NCBI GenBank assembly: GCA_021613535.1
Contig: CP075492.1
Span: forward strand, 12,710,001 to 12,774,000
Source of the DNA: Adineta vaga
Taxonomy: Eukaryota; Animalia; Rotifera
DNA: 64,000 nucleotides
Direction of reading: 5' to 3'
The position numbers and the translations under genes are program-made. Shown here in pieces: positions 40,756-54,900 of the stretch. Within the stretch, counting starts at the first letter, position 1. Each line of letters begins with the position of its first letter. Under the pieces are notes generated by a model that saw only the letters and a program-made list of their open reading frames with translations, did not search any database and was not told the origin of the DNA.

Positions 40756-41151
40756 GTCTTTTTCGTATCAATCATCGATATTTTATTGTAATATTCTCTC
40801 TCAACAAAAAAAAATGATCGTATATTTGTTATTCAACAGAAACTGTAGTTGCAATGATACATGTTTTAATCATAATCGATCAAAATCTCTTCAGATCTAC
40901 CACATATTTTCGAAATTGTGCAATCTAAAATATGATTTCCGTTCTTCACAATGAATCTTTGCCTGAAGATTCAATGAAGATGGTATCATCCAATATTTTA
41001 TCGAATTTTCTTCTACACTAATAAAATAAGATTCAATCGTTGTATTTACAGGTTCTAGTCAGACGGTCATATGAGAAAATCTCATAAGTTGAATTAAATG
41101 GAATGTAAAATCACGCTTATGAGAAATAGTATCTACTGTTATACTGCTTTA

Positions 41152-41244
41152 ATCAAGGGGAAACAATGTGATTTCTTGATTTCTACGATTTCCAATTGAT
41201 TTCTAGTTGATTTCTTGTCTGGAAATCACATTGTTCCCCCTTGC
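41152..41244 (+). repeat. left terminal repeat; internally palindromic, multiple GATTTC units
   Basis: CAAGGGGAAACAATGTGATTTC...GAAATCACATTGTTCCCCCTTG. Confidence 0.85.
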
Positions 41245-41310
41245 GTCTATACCAACAGTTGTAAATATATACAAATATGGAACAGAGGAATTTTTATTTT
41301 ATTCTTTTTT

Positions 41311-43070
41311 TCAATAAATATTTTTATAAATGGCATCACCCTTTTTCACTACCTTCTTCATTTCTTTCACATCATGAACTCTGACAATATCAGTGTTCTG
41401 TTGTATGCATGCCATAATGGTTGCTCCAGTACTGATAACTCTATCACGTGCAATAGGTCCATCACAAATAGTACCCGAAAACTTCTTTCTCGAAGGACCT
41501 AGAAGAGTAACCATACCATTGAAAGTTAAATGAATTTGTTCAATATTTTCTTCGCAATGTTCAGTAACCAACATTGAGTATTTTTTAAAACACGAAGCAT
41601 ATTTAATGACACTTAAGTTTTGTGATAAATTCTTTGCAAATCCAATACCAGCATCTGTGATGATTTGCCATTTTCTGATACCACTTTTGAATCCTTTCAA
41701 TATTTGTAAGCCTAATTCTCGAGATATTCCATTAATCAAATTGGCGACTTGTACACTCCAATTTTCGACACTAAATGAAGAATTTAAAGGACCAACCATG
41801 TATTCATTTATATCTTCGTTATTCATATTGGACTCGTAATTATTTAATGTAGACATTGTTGAAGGCGTGCCTCGTGTATGATTCATTATATATGGACATC
41901 CGTACTTTGCAACAACATCAAATATTTTCGGCTCATATAATCCCATAGAAATATCATTAATAATATCAGCACCAGCTTCCAAACATTGCTCAGCAACGTT
42001 CGCTCTGCAAGTGTCTACGGAAATAGGACAGGTAGATCATTTCTCATTTTCGGATTTTCGGAGTATTTTGACCACAGATAGAACACGTCGAAGTTCTTCT
42101 TCTTCACTAGGTGCAATACTACCTGGTCTTGTCGAAACACCTCCAATATCTAATATAGTAGCACCTTCATCTAACAATCGTAATGCAGTGGTTTCTATCT
42201 TTTCAGCAGTAGCATTATAATTATCACCTCCATCACTAAAAGAATCAGGAGTTATATTCATAATACCCATGATCAAAGTTTGATGTTTGTATTTTAATTG
42301 ATCAAGTTTTAAAGGATTTTTATCATGATCTAATTCTAATCGTAGAACTGGTATAATTTGTAAAAGATCCGATCATTCTTGGAGCGTTTCATCTTGTTTA
42401 CCAGTTAACAACTGAGTCAAATGGTGATGAATAGGTTCAGCAGTAACCGGATGCAAAGTATCAGAGCTAAGAAGTTCACATAAAGGTTGTAAGACAAATG
42501 ATCTTTCCAACATGGATTGATGAGGAATAATCAAATCATTGGTATTGAAAATAATATTATCGTACACTAAAATATCTAAATCAATTGATCTTGGTCCATT
42601 ATTGATCTTTTTGATTCTATTAATATATTCACACTCGATTTCTTTGCATTTCTTCAGTAAATCATGTGGCGAAAGATCATTGAACGAAATTTTAATAACT
42701 CCATTAAAAAAATCAGGTTGATTCTTATAATACATTGGCTTGAATATATATAAAGAGGAAGTAGATGAAATATTGATTTTAGCTTTTTCTAAATAATATA
42801 ATGCCTCTTTGATGTTTCTAATTTGATTACCTTGATTAGAACCTAAAGGAATATGAGCAATATGATTTTGTTTTTTGATAAAAGCAGACTCATCACTCGA
42901 AGTTGAGAAATTAAACTGTAGTTATTAGTTCCATCTTCTGAAAAGAATCTTTGTTCATAATTGAACTCACACCTCTTCTATCGGTAAAAGGAATAGCATT
43001 TGGTTTGGTAACTTTAACAAAGACATTTTCAATGTTATTCTTTGAAGTAATTAGTTGACCAATTTTCCTC
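41311..43070 (-). pseudogene. FOL1: fungal-type FOL1 (DHNA C-terminus + HPPK + DHPS), 5'-truncated and intronless
   Basis: VKVTKPNAI (DHNA); LGSNQG, QPDFFNG, GPRSIDLDIL, IPH..MLERSFVLQPL (HPPK); [47 protein letters not shown] (DHPS); TGA at 42373 and 42037; frameshift near 42920. Confidence 0.9.
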
Positions 43071-43142
43071 TCTCAAACAATATATACAACATAAAGTGCT
43101 TTTATATTCTCTAGTAACATCACAACCAGTTTATTTGCATAA

Positions 43143-44431
43143 TCAATAAATCATATTTGTAGAAGTTCCGCATCCGGAAAGTAATCTTTTAAATGCGTTG
43201 GGAGTGGAACTTCGGAAGGTATATATATATATATGAAGCAATTTAGTACAATTGACTCGTGTTGCTTCTCTTGAAAAATGATGTGTTACTGCATCTAAAG
43301 TTTCATAAGTGACATCAACGTCGAGTTTTCTTGTTAAGCGTGTTTTGGTATCTAGTAGAAATTGTTCGACATAATCATCGTGACCTTCATCAAGAATAAG
43401 TTCGGTAAGATGAGGATAGTGAACCACTGATAAATGTTGACCGTTATCCGTTGATTGTCGCGAAAATTTGTTTTTCTGTGGTTGTTTATTGACTATAGTT
43501 AATATTTTCATGGATGGAAATGATTTAGCAATTCGAACAAAAAAAATTATGTTCAAATGGACGTTCATCAAATAATGAAACTTCACAAACATGTCTAAAT
43601 ATTTCATTTGGTAGATTATTTGTAATACCATGGTAATATTTTGCATAATATGGAAGTGAATAAATATGACATTGACCTTGTTTAAGATTTGAAAAATAGT
43701 CAACACGTGACGTAACTTTGTGAGAAAGAAAATCTTTGAATGAAACTTGAATATCTTCATTTGATAGTAAAGAAATCTGATTGTCGAGATATATAGTTGA
43801 ACGTATATTAAAGATAAATTTCTTCATTTGTAATAAATGATCAAAAATAACTTGTTTAATATGATAGCCATCAATAAATCTTCTCTCATTAATTACTGCA
43901 ATACATAAATCAAGTTCTTCTAGATTTACCATCCGATACAGAAGCGGTAAAATAAGTTCGCTGTATTCATTTGTTTTCCATTTACAACGTAAGGAGAAAC
44001 GTTTCAGATTAGGTAATTGTTTCTAAAAGAAATCAATGCTTTCAATATAAGTTAGAAATGAATCTGAATAATTTACTTTATTATCAACTGGTATCCATGG
44101 AGGAAAAATGTGAAGGATATCTATATACAAGTCCCGAAGTTGATCGAAACGACCATCAAGTAAATAAAGACAATCGATAAAATCCTCTAAATTGATCCGC
44201 AATTCTAATAAAATTGAAGTGGAAATAGTTGGAAGACATAATCGAAAGGATAATCTCTGGCATCGAAATAAAAATGGACCGAAACACAAAGATCGCAATT
44301 TGGAACTTGCCGCTATAATACGTGTAAATATATACACATTCCCATCATTTGCTACAGTTGGCATTCTACGTTGCACAATATCGATGACCAATGATGAAAT
44401 TTGATTTTGAAGTATATGAATTAAAGAAGCT
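43143..44431 (-). pseudogene. 3' part of an expanded rotifer F-box/LRR-like family gene
   Basis: DCLYLLDGRFDQL, PLLYRMVNLEELDL, CHIYSLPY, FDERPFEH, HDDYVEQFL; frameshifts in an A-run near 43540 and a (TA)n near 43225; 5' end replaced by telomeric repeat. Confidence 0.65.
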
Positions 44432-44597
44432 TGAGGGTGGGTGTGGGTGTGGGTGTGGGTGTGGGTGTGGGTGTGGGTGTGGGTGTGGGTGTGGGTGTGG
44501 GTGTGGGTGTGGGTGTGGGTGTGGGTGTGGGTGTGGGTGTGGGTGTGGGTGTGGGTGTGGGTGTGGGTGTGAGTGTGGATGTGGGTGTGGGTGTGGG
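44432..44597 (+). repeat. interstitial telomeric repeat (TGTGGG)n, 26 units plus TGAGGG-TGGG lead-in
   Basis: perfect hexamer array with two variant units (TGTGAG, TGTGGA); TGTGGG is the reported Adineta vaga telomeric unit. Confidence 0.85.
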
Positions 44598-44836
44598 TAA
44601 TACTCGTCTCTTCATACCCAACCTTTGAAGTAATTTCATCGTGATCCTGAAGATATGAGTCATAGTAAAAGAAGCTAAAAAAAACATTCCTTCTAAATAA
44701 TACTAGGATTACCGAGAAGAGATAGAAGACATTTTTTGAACACATGTTCAAAAATATAGAATATTCGTTCTTATTTTAATGAGATAAAATTACTAATTAA
44801 ATTTATATTAGATGAAAATGAAAATGATAAAAAATT

Positions 44837-45110
44837 TCAATCGGAAAAATTGAATTTATTTGATTTTTTCTTTGTTACAATATGTCTTAATCATCGTCGT
44901 GCTTTATCTGATAAACTACAATGTTGTAATGAAAGAACTTTTAATGTTTGATTTCGTTCAAGAATTTCTATAAGAATTTGCAATGATTGATCTGTTATAA
45001 ATTTATTAAATGAAACATATATATTTTTCTAATGAAGAATTTGATTGAGAAAGAATTTTTGCAAATAATGGAATACCTTGATCAGATATTCCAGTATTAT
45101 GTAAAGTAAG
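44837..45110 (-). pseudogene. C-terminal fragment of an RNase-inhibitor-like LRR gene
   Basis: LTLHNTGISDQGIPLFAKIL...NQTLKVLSLQHCSLSD; frameshift and TGA; cut at the right terminal repeat. Confidence 0.65.
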
Positions 45111-45206
45111 GGGGAACTATGTGATTTCCAGACAAGAAATCAATAGAAATCAATAGAAATCGAAAAGGTGATTTCAAATCAAGAAATCACATTGTTTCCA
45201 CTTGGT
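45106..45206 (-). repeat. right terminal repeat (inverted copy of 41152-41244)
   Basis: GTAAGGGGGAACTATGTGATTTCCAGACAAGAAATC...GAAATCACATTGTTTCCACTTG. Confidence 0.85.
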
Positions 45207-45654
45207 TTTAATTCTACAGAGGTTATCGATCGCACTTTGGATGAGATTTTAAACATCTGTATGCACTTTATTGTTTTTTTGCAAAATATGTTCGCTAAAA
45301 TTAGAAATCAGTTGGGTCGAATGATTCGATATATATAAACCATAGGGGGGGAAAGACAAACGATGTTTTGTATCATTATTACCTCGATCTTGATTGATCA
45401 ATTGATTTCGAAAATCGTCTGAAAATAGAACCGATATTTCCTATCGAAACTTATCAATCACTAGAAAACAACAAAAGAATCTAAAAATACAGAGACATAT
45501 ATGAGAAGACGAAAGCATTTATGCAGCTAGCTACAATATTCACGGGCCTACTATTCCATCTGGTGTTATTCACATAGTCGATTATGCGTTCCTTTTTAAA
45601 GCAGATTCTTTTCTTTTTCTATTAGGCTGTTTTTATTAACTATTCAATATTAAA

Positions 45655-46545
<891 letters not shown>

Positions 46546-46862
46546 AAAACGATTATGTATTATGAATGAGCAAAAAATAAATCTTTTGAATAACAATCTG
46601 TTTTCGATAATCTTTATTTTTTCATAGAAAAAAGAAAAAGAAAATCTTATCAAAAGAAAAACAAGAGCAATATTTATAATCTATAGACATACCACCAACT
46701 GCACATTGACAAGAAAAACTATGTGTAAAACAATTTCCAATAAATAAAATTGTAAAAAAAACAAACAAACAAAGAAACAAACATTTGACTGAGCCATTGA
46801 ACAAAAGAAAAATAGAAATTGAAACTTAAACTATTCATCTACTACCCATACATATACGTATT

Positions 46863-48819
46863 TCAATGTTTTAATCGAGAAAAATGATTCTTTGCTCGAT
46901 TAAATAAACTTCTATCGATTTGATTATCAAGCATAAATCGATTACATTGTTCTTTTTTAAACAGACCATTTTCATTTGTCATAAAGTGGGCATAACGACG
47001 TTGAAGAATAGGATTTGTTGAGAGAAGATGAAGAGTATTGAATGTCATTTGACGTGATGGATCAAGTTCAGATACAAGTGTCATATACGGTCCAGCAGAA
47101 TTTTGACGAAATGTACAAGCGAGATTATTAATTGCAATATTCGACTAAATAGAAACAAACGAATTGAACTTTTAAAAACGAAACTATTCGATCCATACTT
47201 TTTGTACTATTCTGCCTCGTTTATTCATACATAACCAAAGACCAGATACATAATTTTGTATTTGAACACGACTATAAGCACCCACAGATCGAAAAGCAAA
47301 GATAGCTAAAAGAGATTGGTTTTTTTTCAAAGAAGAAACAAACATCTATCTACATACTTGCTGAATCACGTCGATTTTGTACAATAGTTCGATATGGTTG
47401 TAAATTTGAAAATCGAAGATAGAGTGAGCCAGGTAAAATATTACAATGAAAAACAATACGATAATAACGTATACTAGCTAATTGAGAACCATCTGGTTGT
47501 CGATGGAGAAAACTGATTAATGATGGTCGATAACGACGATCTTCTGTTCGTCGAAATTGAATGTATGAATTTGGAAACGGATCAGCACCAAGTGACAGAG
47601 AAGTTTGTAAGGATAAGATTGGCTAAAGAAAATCAATTACAGTTGTGTGTGTGTTTTCTTTTAAACCTTGAATCAATGTTATGGTAGAATAGAAATATGG
47701 CAACAGCAGTAAGAACAGTTCAAATTTCTTTTTATTTCTTTCGATAGTTATTCACAATGATCATTACTTAGATTAAACGACCATCATTTCATCGTTCTAT
47801 GATGCAATTCATTCTTACAACATTACGAATGGAAATATATCGAGAGTATAATCGAGTAAACTATATGAACATTTGTTACGACAACGAGTAAATTCAATAA
47901 TGTAAAAAGAAGAAAAGAAAAAGAATTTAACTACACCGGAACTTTTTTTCTTCCTAATGTAATCAGTTCTGATATTAATACTTGTACATTATTAACTAAG
48001 TAAATAATAACAAAAACATTTTGTGCTTTACTTTCAATTAGAATGACATCTCTACTTCGATGAGAAGTGAACAACTTATATTCACAAAAGAAGAACATTG
48101 ATTCATATACATATATAAATCGATACTTTTTATATTATACATTCTCACACAATCATAGCTTTTATTGTCCTATTGACAGTTGCATGATACATATATACAA
48201 CAGACAATATAATGTAAACAAATATCAATTATATCTCGAAAGTATATGGGTAATAATCCTCTATCACTAATGATTGTTAATACAATGAACAAAAAAAAAA
48301 TAAGAAAATATCTCGTTTAAGTATATGGAATATTAGTGAACAATATAATGATGATGATGATGATGATGATGATGAAACATAACATATATATCGTAATGGT
48401 TATCAAATGTAGATACGAATAACTCGTACATCATTATGACTATTGTCAAGCCTTGATGTAGTATGATGTTCTTCATCATTACATACATGTAATCGATGAG
48501 AATATAAACATCACCTTCTGACGCATAGTCATTGATACTATAATGAACTTCCATCGTCCATTTTTTTTTCTCAATAGTTATGTCTTCTTTTACGCTGTAC
48601 TATATGATGATATGAATATAATGACAAAGATGAATGTCAACTTTTTTTTGTCTCATCACTTCCTCATAGATTTTAAAGTGCAATAAAACTAAATTATACC
48701 TCTACTTTTAAGACAAAACTATTGCAGATCATAAAATGATATGTTAAATATTCAATTGAACTTACCACAGTTAGAACACTGGCAGTGAAAATAAACAATA
48801 GAATTATGTTTGTTGCCAT
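46863..48819 (-). CDS. secreted fibroblast growth factor (FGF8/17/18-like)
   Basis: signal exon MATNIILLFIFTASVLTV (48766-48819) splices in phase 0 across a 1.14-kb intron; core FRSVGAYSRVQIQNYVSGLWLCMNKRGRIV..ACTFRQ. Confidence 0.75.
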
Positions 48820-51057
48820 CCATTCGTCAACTTAAGTAGAAATATCATAATGAGTCTTGCTTAATCTATAGTAGTAAAACTGATGATTGAAATGAATTGA
48901 TATTAAAAATTCAAAAGAGAATGAACTATTGTTAGTCATTAGTAAAAATGTTGTAGCATAACATACTTACAGAATGAATTACAAAACGGAAAGATTTACG
49001 TTTGTATTGTGTTATTTATGGAAGTAAATCATGCAAAGTAAAAAATCGAAAGAATCGAACAAGTAAATTACACATATTCTTTCTTCCCATCATCGCTCGT
49101 TTTTTTTTTTCGTATGTCTATTCTTATTCTCTCATTCTCTATTCAACGTTTCGACAACGATAAAAGAAAGAGAACATATACGCACACACAAAAAAAAAGA
49201 TATACCATCTCGTTCTTCCTTTCTCTCTTGTTCAATTGATTTCTGTTAGAAACATTCATTGGAAGATTAATTATGGAACAACTCGTTTTTGTATGACAAA
49301 AAGAAAAAGAACGAACGAAACAGAGTCAGTTCCTTTTCTCTGTTATGAATTTTTTGTATCAATGTCTTTCAGTTGTTTGCTCTGTCTATATACATCTCAA
49401 ATTTGATAACCATTGTCAGGTAAAATAAGAAGTTTTTCAACCCTGAACTAGTCCATTATGCAGAGTGATTGATCCTTCAAAAGGTAACGAATAGTACAAT
49501 TTCGTTCTTACAAATGAATAATAACAAGGCTATAGAAAGTTTTATTTTGATGACACGATTGTTATTTAATTGTTTGCTTCTATATGATATATACATGTTT
49601 AAATTTAATGATAGATTCTTCCATTTTGTCCTTGAAAAAAAGAAACCCGGACAGTATCATTGTACCAGTCAATTTATAATATCAATAGTGCATGTTAAAA
49701 GAATATGAATATCTTTGAGGGTATATTGGAATATATTTTATCTCATGCATGACTAACATTAATAGATGGAACGAACGACGTAATCGAAAAAAAATTTATA
49801 TAAATAAGTACCAAGGGTCAGTAAAAAAATGTTCTGCTCGAACGGAAAACGTGAATTTTTTTCAAAAAGAAATTCCAATTAATTTCTCATTTAAATGTTC
49901 GGACAGAATTTTCACGAGTCAATACAGCTTCTGATATTTATTGTTAAATTTTTGAAACCTTATAAGAATGTTACTGTCGTTAATTATGTAAAAAAACAAA
50001 GTCAAGTAGTATGTGTGGTGTTTTTTTCTCTCATCCGAAGAATTCTCTGCATACTTTGTACTTTTCTATGATATCGTACAAGTGTAAAGCCATTACTGTC
50101 AATTGTACAAACATCAAATGTGATGTTTTTCTGTTATTCGACGCATCAAATAATAATAACCCTTGATCATTTTAATTTTTCAAGATGAATTTTCAATCGA
50201 AATTGAATTATTATTTTCTTTTTGCAAAAAGACGATCTAATTATGTTTCAGTGAAGTACTTGCGTATTTAAGATTTATTTCTCATCGATTGACTTACATG
50301 GATGATGTTTATTGAATGATAAGAAGAAAGAAAAAACGAGGTTATTATATGACCCAAATGAAACGTGATACGATAAAGTTTGTCTATATCATAAGGAAGT
50401 GAATAATAAATAATACGTGTATTGTGTACAAGATAAAATATCTCGAATGTCGTCTGATTTATAAATCAATAAAATAACTTGTTTTTTTTTCATTTTCTTA
50501 GAAAAATAACTCTCCGTAAAATGTTTAATCAGTTGTCTATTTTTATCGATGTTTAGATTTGCTTGTGTACTTGAATGCAATAAAATGAGACGAATTATTT
50601 CTGATTAATAGCGATTGATTTTCGAATTAGCAAAACTCTCGAGACAATAATTATTGATTCAGATAAAAAATATTCTTTTGCTAATGGATCTATGCAATCA
50701 ATTTCTGTTAACAATGCTTTCCATTCTTTCAGTTAGAGTTTCGATATTTAACTGAATAACTGTCAATTTTTGTCTCTTATGAAAAAGGAAAGTCTTTTAA
50801 ATATATATAGGCAAGGTCATATTTAATATGAAAAAAAGTTTTGTTGAAGCTCGATTGTAGAATAGAAGTTTATTGAGGACACTGATAGTTCTGAACTGGT
50901 AAAAAACTGAATTCGTTAGCAGATAATTTTTCAGTTACAATGACTATCACCTCTCTCTTTCACAAATTGAACTTTATGTAGTTTTCTAATACCACAAGTT
51001 TATTACATCATATATACGCAAAAGAAATTACAAATACTATTTTAAAAAAGTTCGTTT

Positions 51058-51288
51058 TTAACTAATATAATGTTGATGAATAGCAGCAGGAAAGCCAGTA
51101 TATGGTTGGAAATGATTATGACCTAATGGAACGAAATCAATTTCTCGTTCGATATTGACACGTCCTGTAAATAAATTACGATGAACTTCGACATCCTGTG
51201 TATAAATACCATAACCATAATTTCCATAACCAATGGTTTGATAATCTTGATTCTAACTATTGATAGGAACAATTGGTGCACTGATCAT
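51058..51288 (-). pseudogene. small Gly/Tyr-rich protein gene with in-frame TAG
   Basis: MISAPIVPINS*NQDYQTIGYGNYGYGIYTQDVEVHRNLFTGRVNIEREIDFVP...; TATAAATA about 90 nt upstream. Confidence 0.5.
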
Positions 51289-51960
51289 TTTTATTTGATT
51301 TGTAATAGAATGTAGTAAAATAGTAAAATACTTTCTTGTATGAATGTATGAAAAGATAAGAAAAACTTGCTGATATTTATACTCTAACGATACATCGGTA
51401 AATAATACATTGAAAAGACGTTGATATACGTCACGAATGACGTATTATACAAACCATGTACTATGGATAGGTACAAATAAACATTTAAAATAATAGGTAA
51501 GATTGATGAAGAATATTCGCGAAAAAGATATAAATATCTTTTTTACCTAACTAGTACTCAGATATATTTTTGCATAACAGCAATCAAATCCTACAGATAG
51601 AACGTAATTACGCACATCCTCAATCAAGAGTATTCTGAAGCTATGGATTTACGTTTGTAATGTAATCTTCAATTCTATCTCTGAAGCGTTTTTCTGCTTA
51701 GTGTAAGTAATCAGTTTTGAAAAGAATAGCATCGTTTTAATTAGAAAACTCCTGAATATTTTTATTTATCATTATTCACTCATAAACAAACACATTCTAC
51801 TTTTCTCTTTGATAAAGAAATCTAAAAACTGTTTCACAATGAAAGTTAAAAACAAAATCACGAAAATCATTGTTAATATCAACAATGAATGCAAAAGAAT
51901 ATGAAAGACATCACCGATTTTCGAGCATAGATACAATTAAAAAAAGAATAATATAAGTTT

Positions 51961-54900
51961 TTAATAACCAGCAATATGCATTGCATCACTGATTCTCTTG
52001 ACAATATACTAAATAAAATTTATTGAATAAAACAACAGTCAATATTTTATAAATCAATTTTACCTGAGCATCGGCATTATGTCTGTAACTAACTAATTTT
52101 CCATATGATCGATGTGATCGTAATGTTCCTGTTTTCTTTTCTTCCTACAAACAAATAGAAAATCAATTCGAATTTCAAATAGACATCCATATGAGCTATA
52201 AAATCAACAAGCAAAGAGAACCAAACTATATATCGCTCTTCTCATATATTCTATATGCTTTACAATATTTGACGATGTCTTCTCGATGGTTTTTGAAAGT
52301 GAAGATATTGTGACTTTTTTTACATTGGTGGTTTATATTTCATTCGGTTTATACTCGAATGACTTACTTTGGTAAAAATTTGAATTTGTTTTGAATCTAA
52401 TTTGATTGTAGGATTTTCTTTTAATTCACTATATTCGATCTCCCAATCAATTTCATACGATCCAAGAAAAGATATTTCAGTGACAAATAGTAAACGTCTA
52501 TTTAAAAAACAATAATATAGAAGTAAGAAATTTAATTGAATTCGCTTTATTCTCTTTTACTTGGATGTTGCAATTAGCCATGATGATAGATTGTCCAAAC
52601 AAGTTATATGTGCAACATATGTATCTCCAGATTTGGAATATTTTCCATCTTCAAGCCGCTAAAAATATACAGAAAACAAAAGAATTGAAAATAATCAAGA
52701 GAAATGTGGAAAGTACATTTAGAATATAAAAACCCATTGCTTCGTGAAAGACATAAGGTCGAATAAGACCGTCACGACCTACATGCCGTGGATAACGAAC
52801 ACGACGAACGATTCCTTCATTTTGAACAGTTCTATGAAGAATAAAAGAGTAAATGAACATTTCATTTTATCTATTCTTCGAAAATGAGATCTTACCGTTT
52901 AGCAATATCAAGTGACGTAGTTGTAAAATCTACAATTCCACCTGTTGGTCGTGCTACAAGACCAATGAAACCTTTTCCTAAACCTTTAAAAAAACCACTT
53001 GCTCCATCAGCTTTTGCACCCGCGACTGGTTTTTTCACAACACCTGTGACACCATCGACAAAACCCATAACAACATTCTTGCCTGCAGTAGCAATATCTG
53101 ATGCGACATTACCACCTGGTTCTTTACGACGTATACGTGATGCTTTATAATCATCATCAAATGTAAATGTTGCTAAACCTTTGCCAAGAACACCAGTTAT
53201 TTTCGAGAATGCACCCGCAGCACCTCCAACTGCTGAACCAAACAATGTTCGAACACCGGTCGCTACACCTTCAGCAAATTCCATTGGACCTTCAATAGCT
53301 CCCTTAGAAAAACAAAAACAACAACAACAATCAAGACTATTGTCTTTTTCTCAAAAACAAAATACTTTGTATGGTTCATAAAAGAATGATTCGACTCCTT
53401 CTGCAAGGCCATGAATAACGCCTAGTGGATTTCCAAGTACATCTAAACCAAGTACTAACACATGAATTTGTTTCATAAATTGATGTTTATAATGAGCTGA
53501 AACATCATTTGTTATTTTCGTAACTGTAAATTTATCACGATTTCGTTCATAAAAACCCAAACTATAAAATGAGATCACAACTAAAACTCAACTTTTATCT
53601 AAATAATTATTTCTACCGTAGAATAACATCTTGTACTTCAGCAACATTGAGTGTTTGTAAAAGAAATCCAACTAATGGATATTCAGCTAACAATTCTTCA
53701 GATGGATTTTTACCATGCATTGAAAAACTGACATGAATCTAAACGAACAATTTTCTTTTCTATAAGCTTTAATTTCTTTTTTCTTCCTTGAAATACCTTC
53801 AATGGTGATAAATGTATGCTGTCAAAATACATTTCTGTATCACCCGATGGTGTATCAATTTGTGCTTTGATTATTTGATCCAATGATTGTTTGATTTGTT
53901 CCAAATCTGAATTCATATTGACGGTAGGTGCTGCTGAATTCTACATGAAAGACAAAAGTTCGACGAATTTGAAAAGAAATTAAAAAGAAAAAGAACGAAC
54001 AGTTTCTGGTCTTAAGAAGGCAAGAAGTGCAACAATTAAACCTTGATCAATTTTAACAGCAAATTCTTGTATAAGTAATTTAAAATATTTGAATTGTACA
54101 ACATTTGAACGTGTCGATTTCGTTTGATAGATACTCAATTCAATGAATGCTTTGTCAGCATGCTCTGCTTCTGTCGCTTTGGATATAACTGGATGAAGCA
54201 TAACAGGAAAGATGGTATAATCAAGTTGATTATCGATTTGTACACGGTTGATACGTATATGTAATGCTGAATTAGTGACAGACCATGCATATTCAATCCA
54301 TAGACCTTCTAATGCTTGACGTTTCACATGTTTTCGACGATCTTTTGACGAAATTAAATATGCTGCATCTTCATCGAATAGAATTTCCTTTGAAAAAGAA
54401 GAGAAAATCAAGTATTTCAATTAGATAGAAATCCTACTCGATATTTATCAGTACTATATTTGGCTGCGAGAAGTTGTTTGTTTTCAGGATTAGCTTCTCG
54501 TTGTTCAAGATGAGTATGATAGAGTTTTTCTAATTCATCGTTTATTGCTTTTGGTAATGGTTTAACACGAGTTCTTTTTGTTTCAGTCCAAACAACTTTT
54601 GATTTATTTAAACTTATAAAAAGCATTTCTTCACGTGTTCTATCATTAACAATTGAAATACCAATATCATGAATACGAATTTGTATACGTTGATCCATTG
54701 ATTCAGCTAATGATGGCATCTAGAGAAGTTATTTATAATTCTTCTATTATATAAATTGAAAATGTATAATACATACGCCAGAAGCTGCTTCGATCACTTT
54801 TGAATTGTCCGAAAAGAGTAGAACTGTTTGAACACCATCAACGAAAACGGTATATATTACATTACGTTCACCATCTTGACCAAATGAACCACATAAAGGC

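Larger units (their letters stand above)
41152..45206. mobile_element. candidate non-autonomous Pack-type DNA transposon with ~95-bp TIRs
   Basis: 41152-41244 and 45106-45206 are inverted copies; TTTA flanks both ends (41148-41151, 45207-45210); interior holds only gene fragments, no transposase. Confidence 0.6.

Noticed and set aside
41152-41244. GATTTC repeats as a CRISPR-like array, or each terminus as an independent MITE
   Set aside because: No repeat-spacer periodicity and eukaryotic context; no target duplication around either single unit (solo-MITE origin is disfavoured, not excluded)
44391-44751. ORFs encoding (GC)n, (HT)n, (PT)n and (VG)n peptides
   Set aside because: Translations of the TGTGGG array, not proteins
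47666-47764. Hydrophobic segment ELFLLLLPYFYSTITLIQ as the FGF signal exon
   Set aside because: No in-frame ATG and wrong splice phase; the exon at 48766-48819 fits
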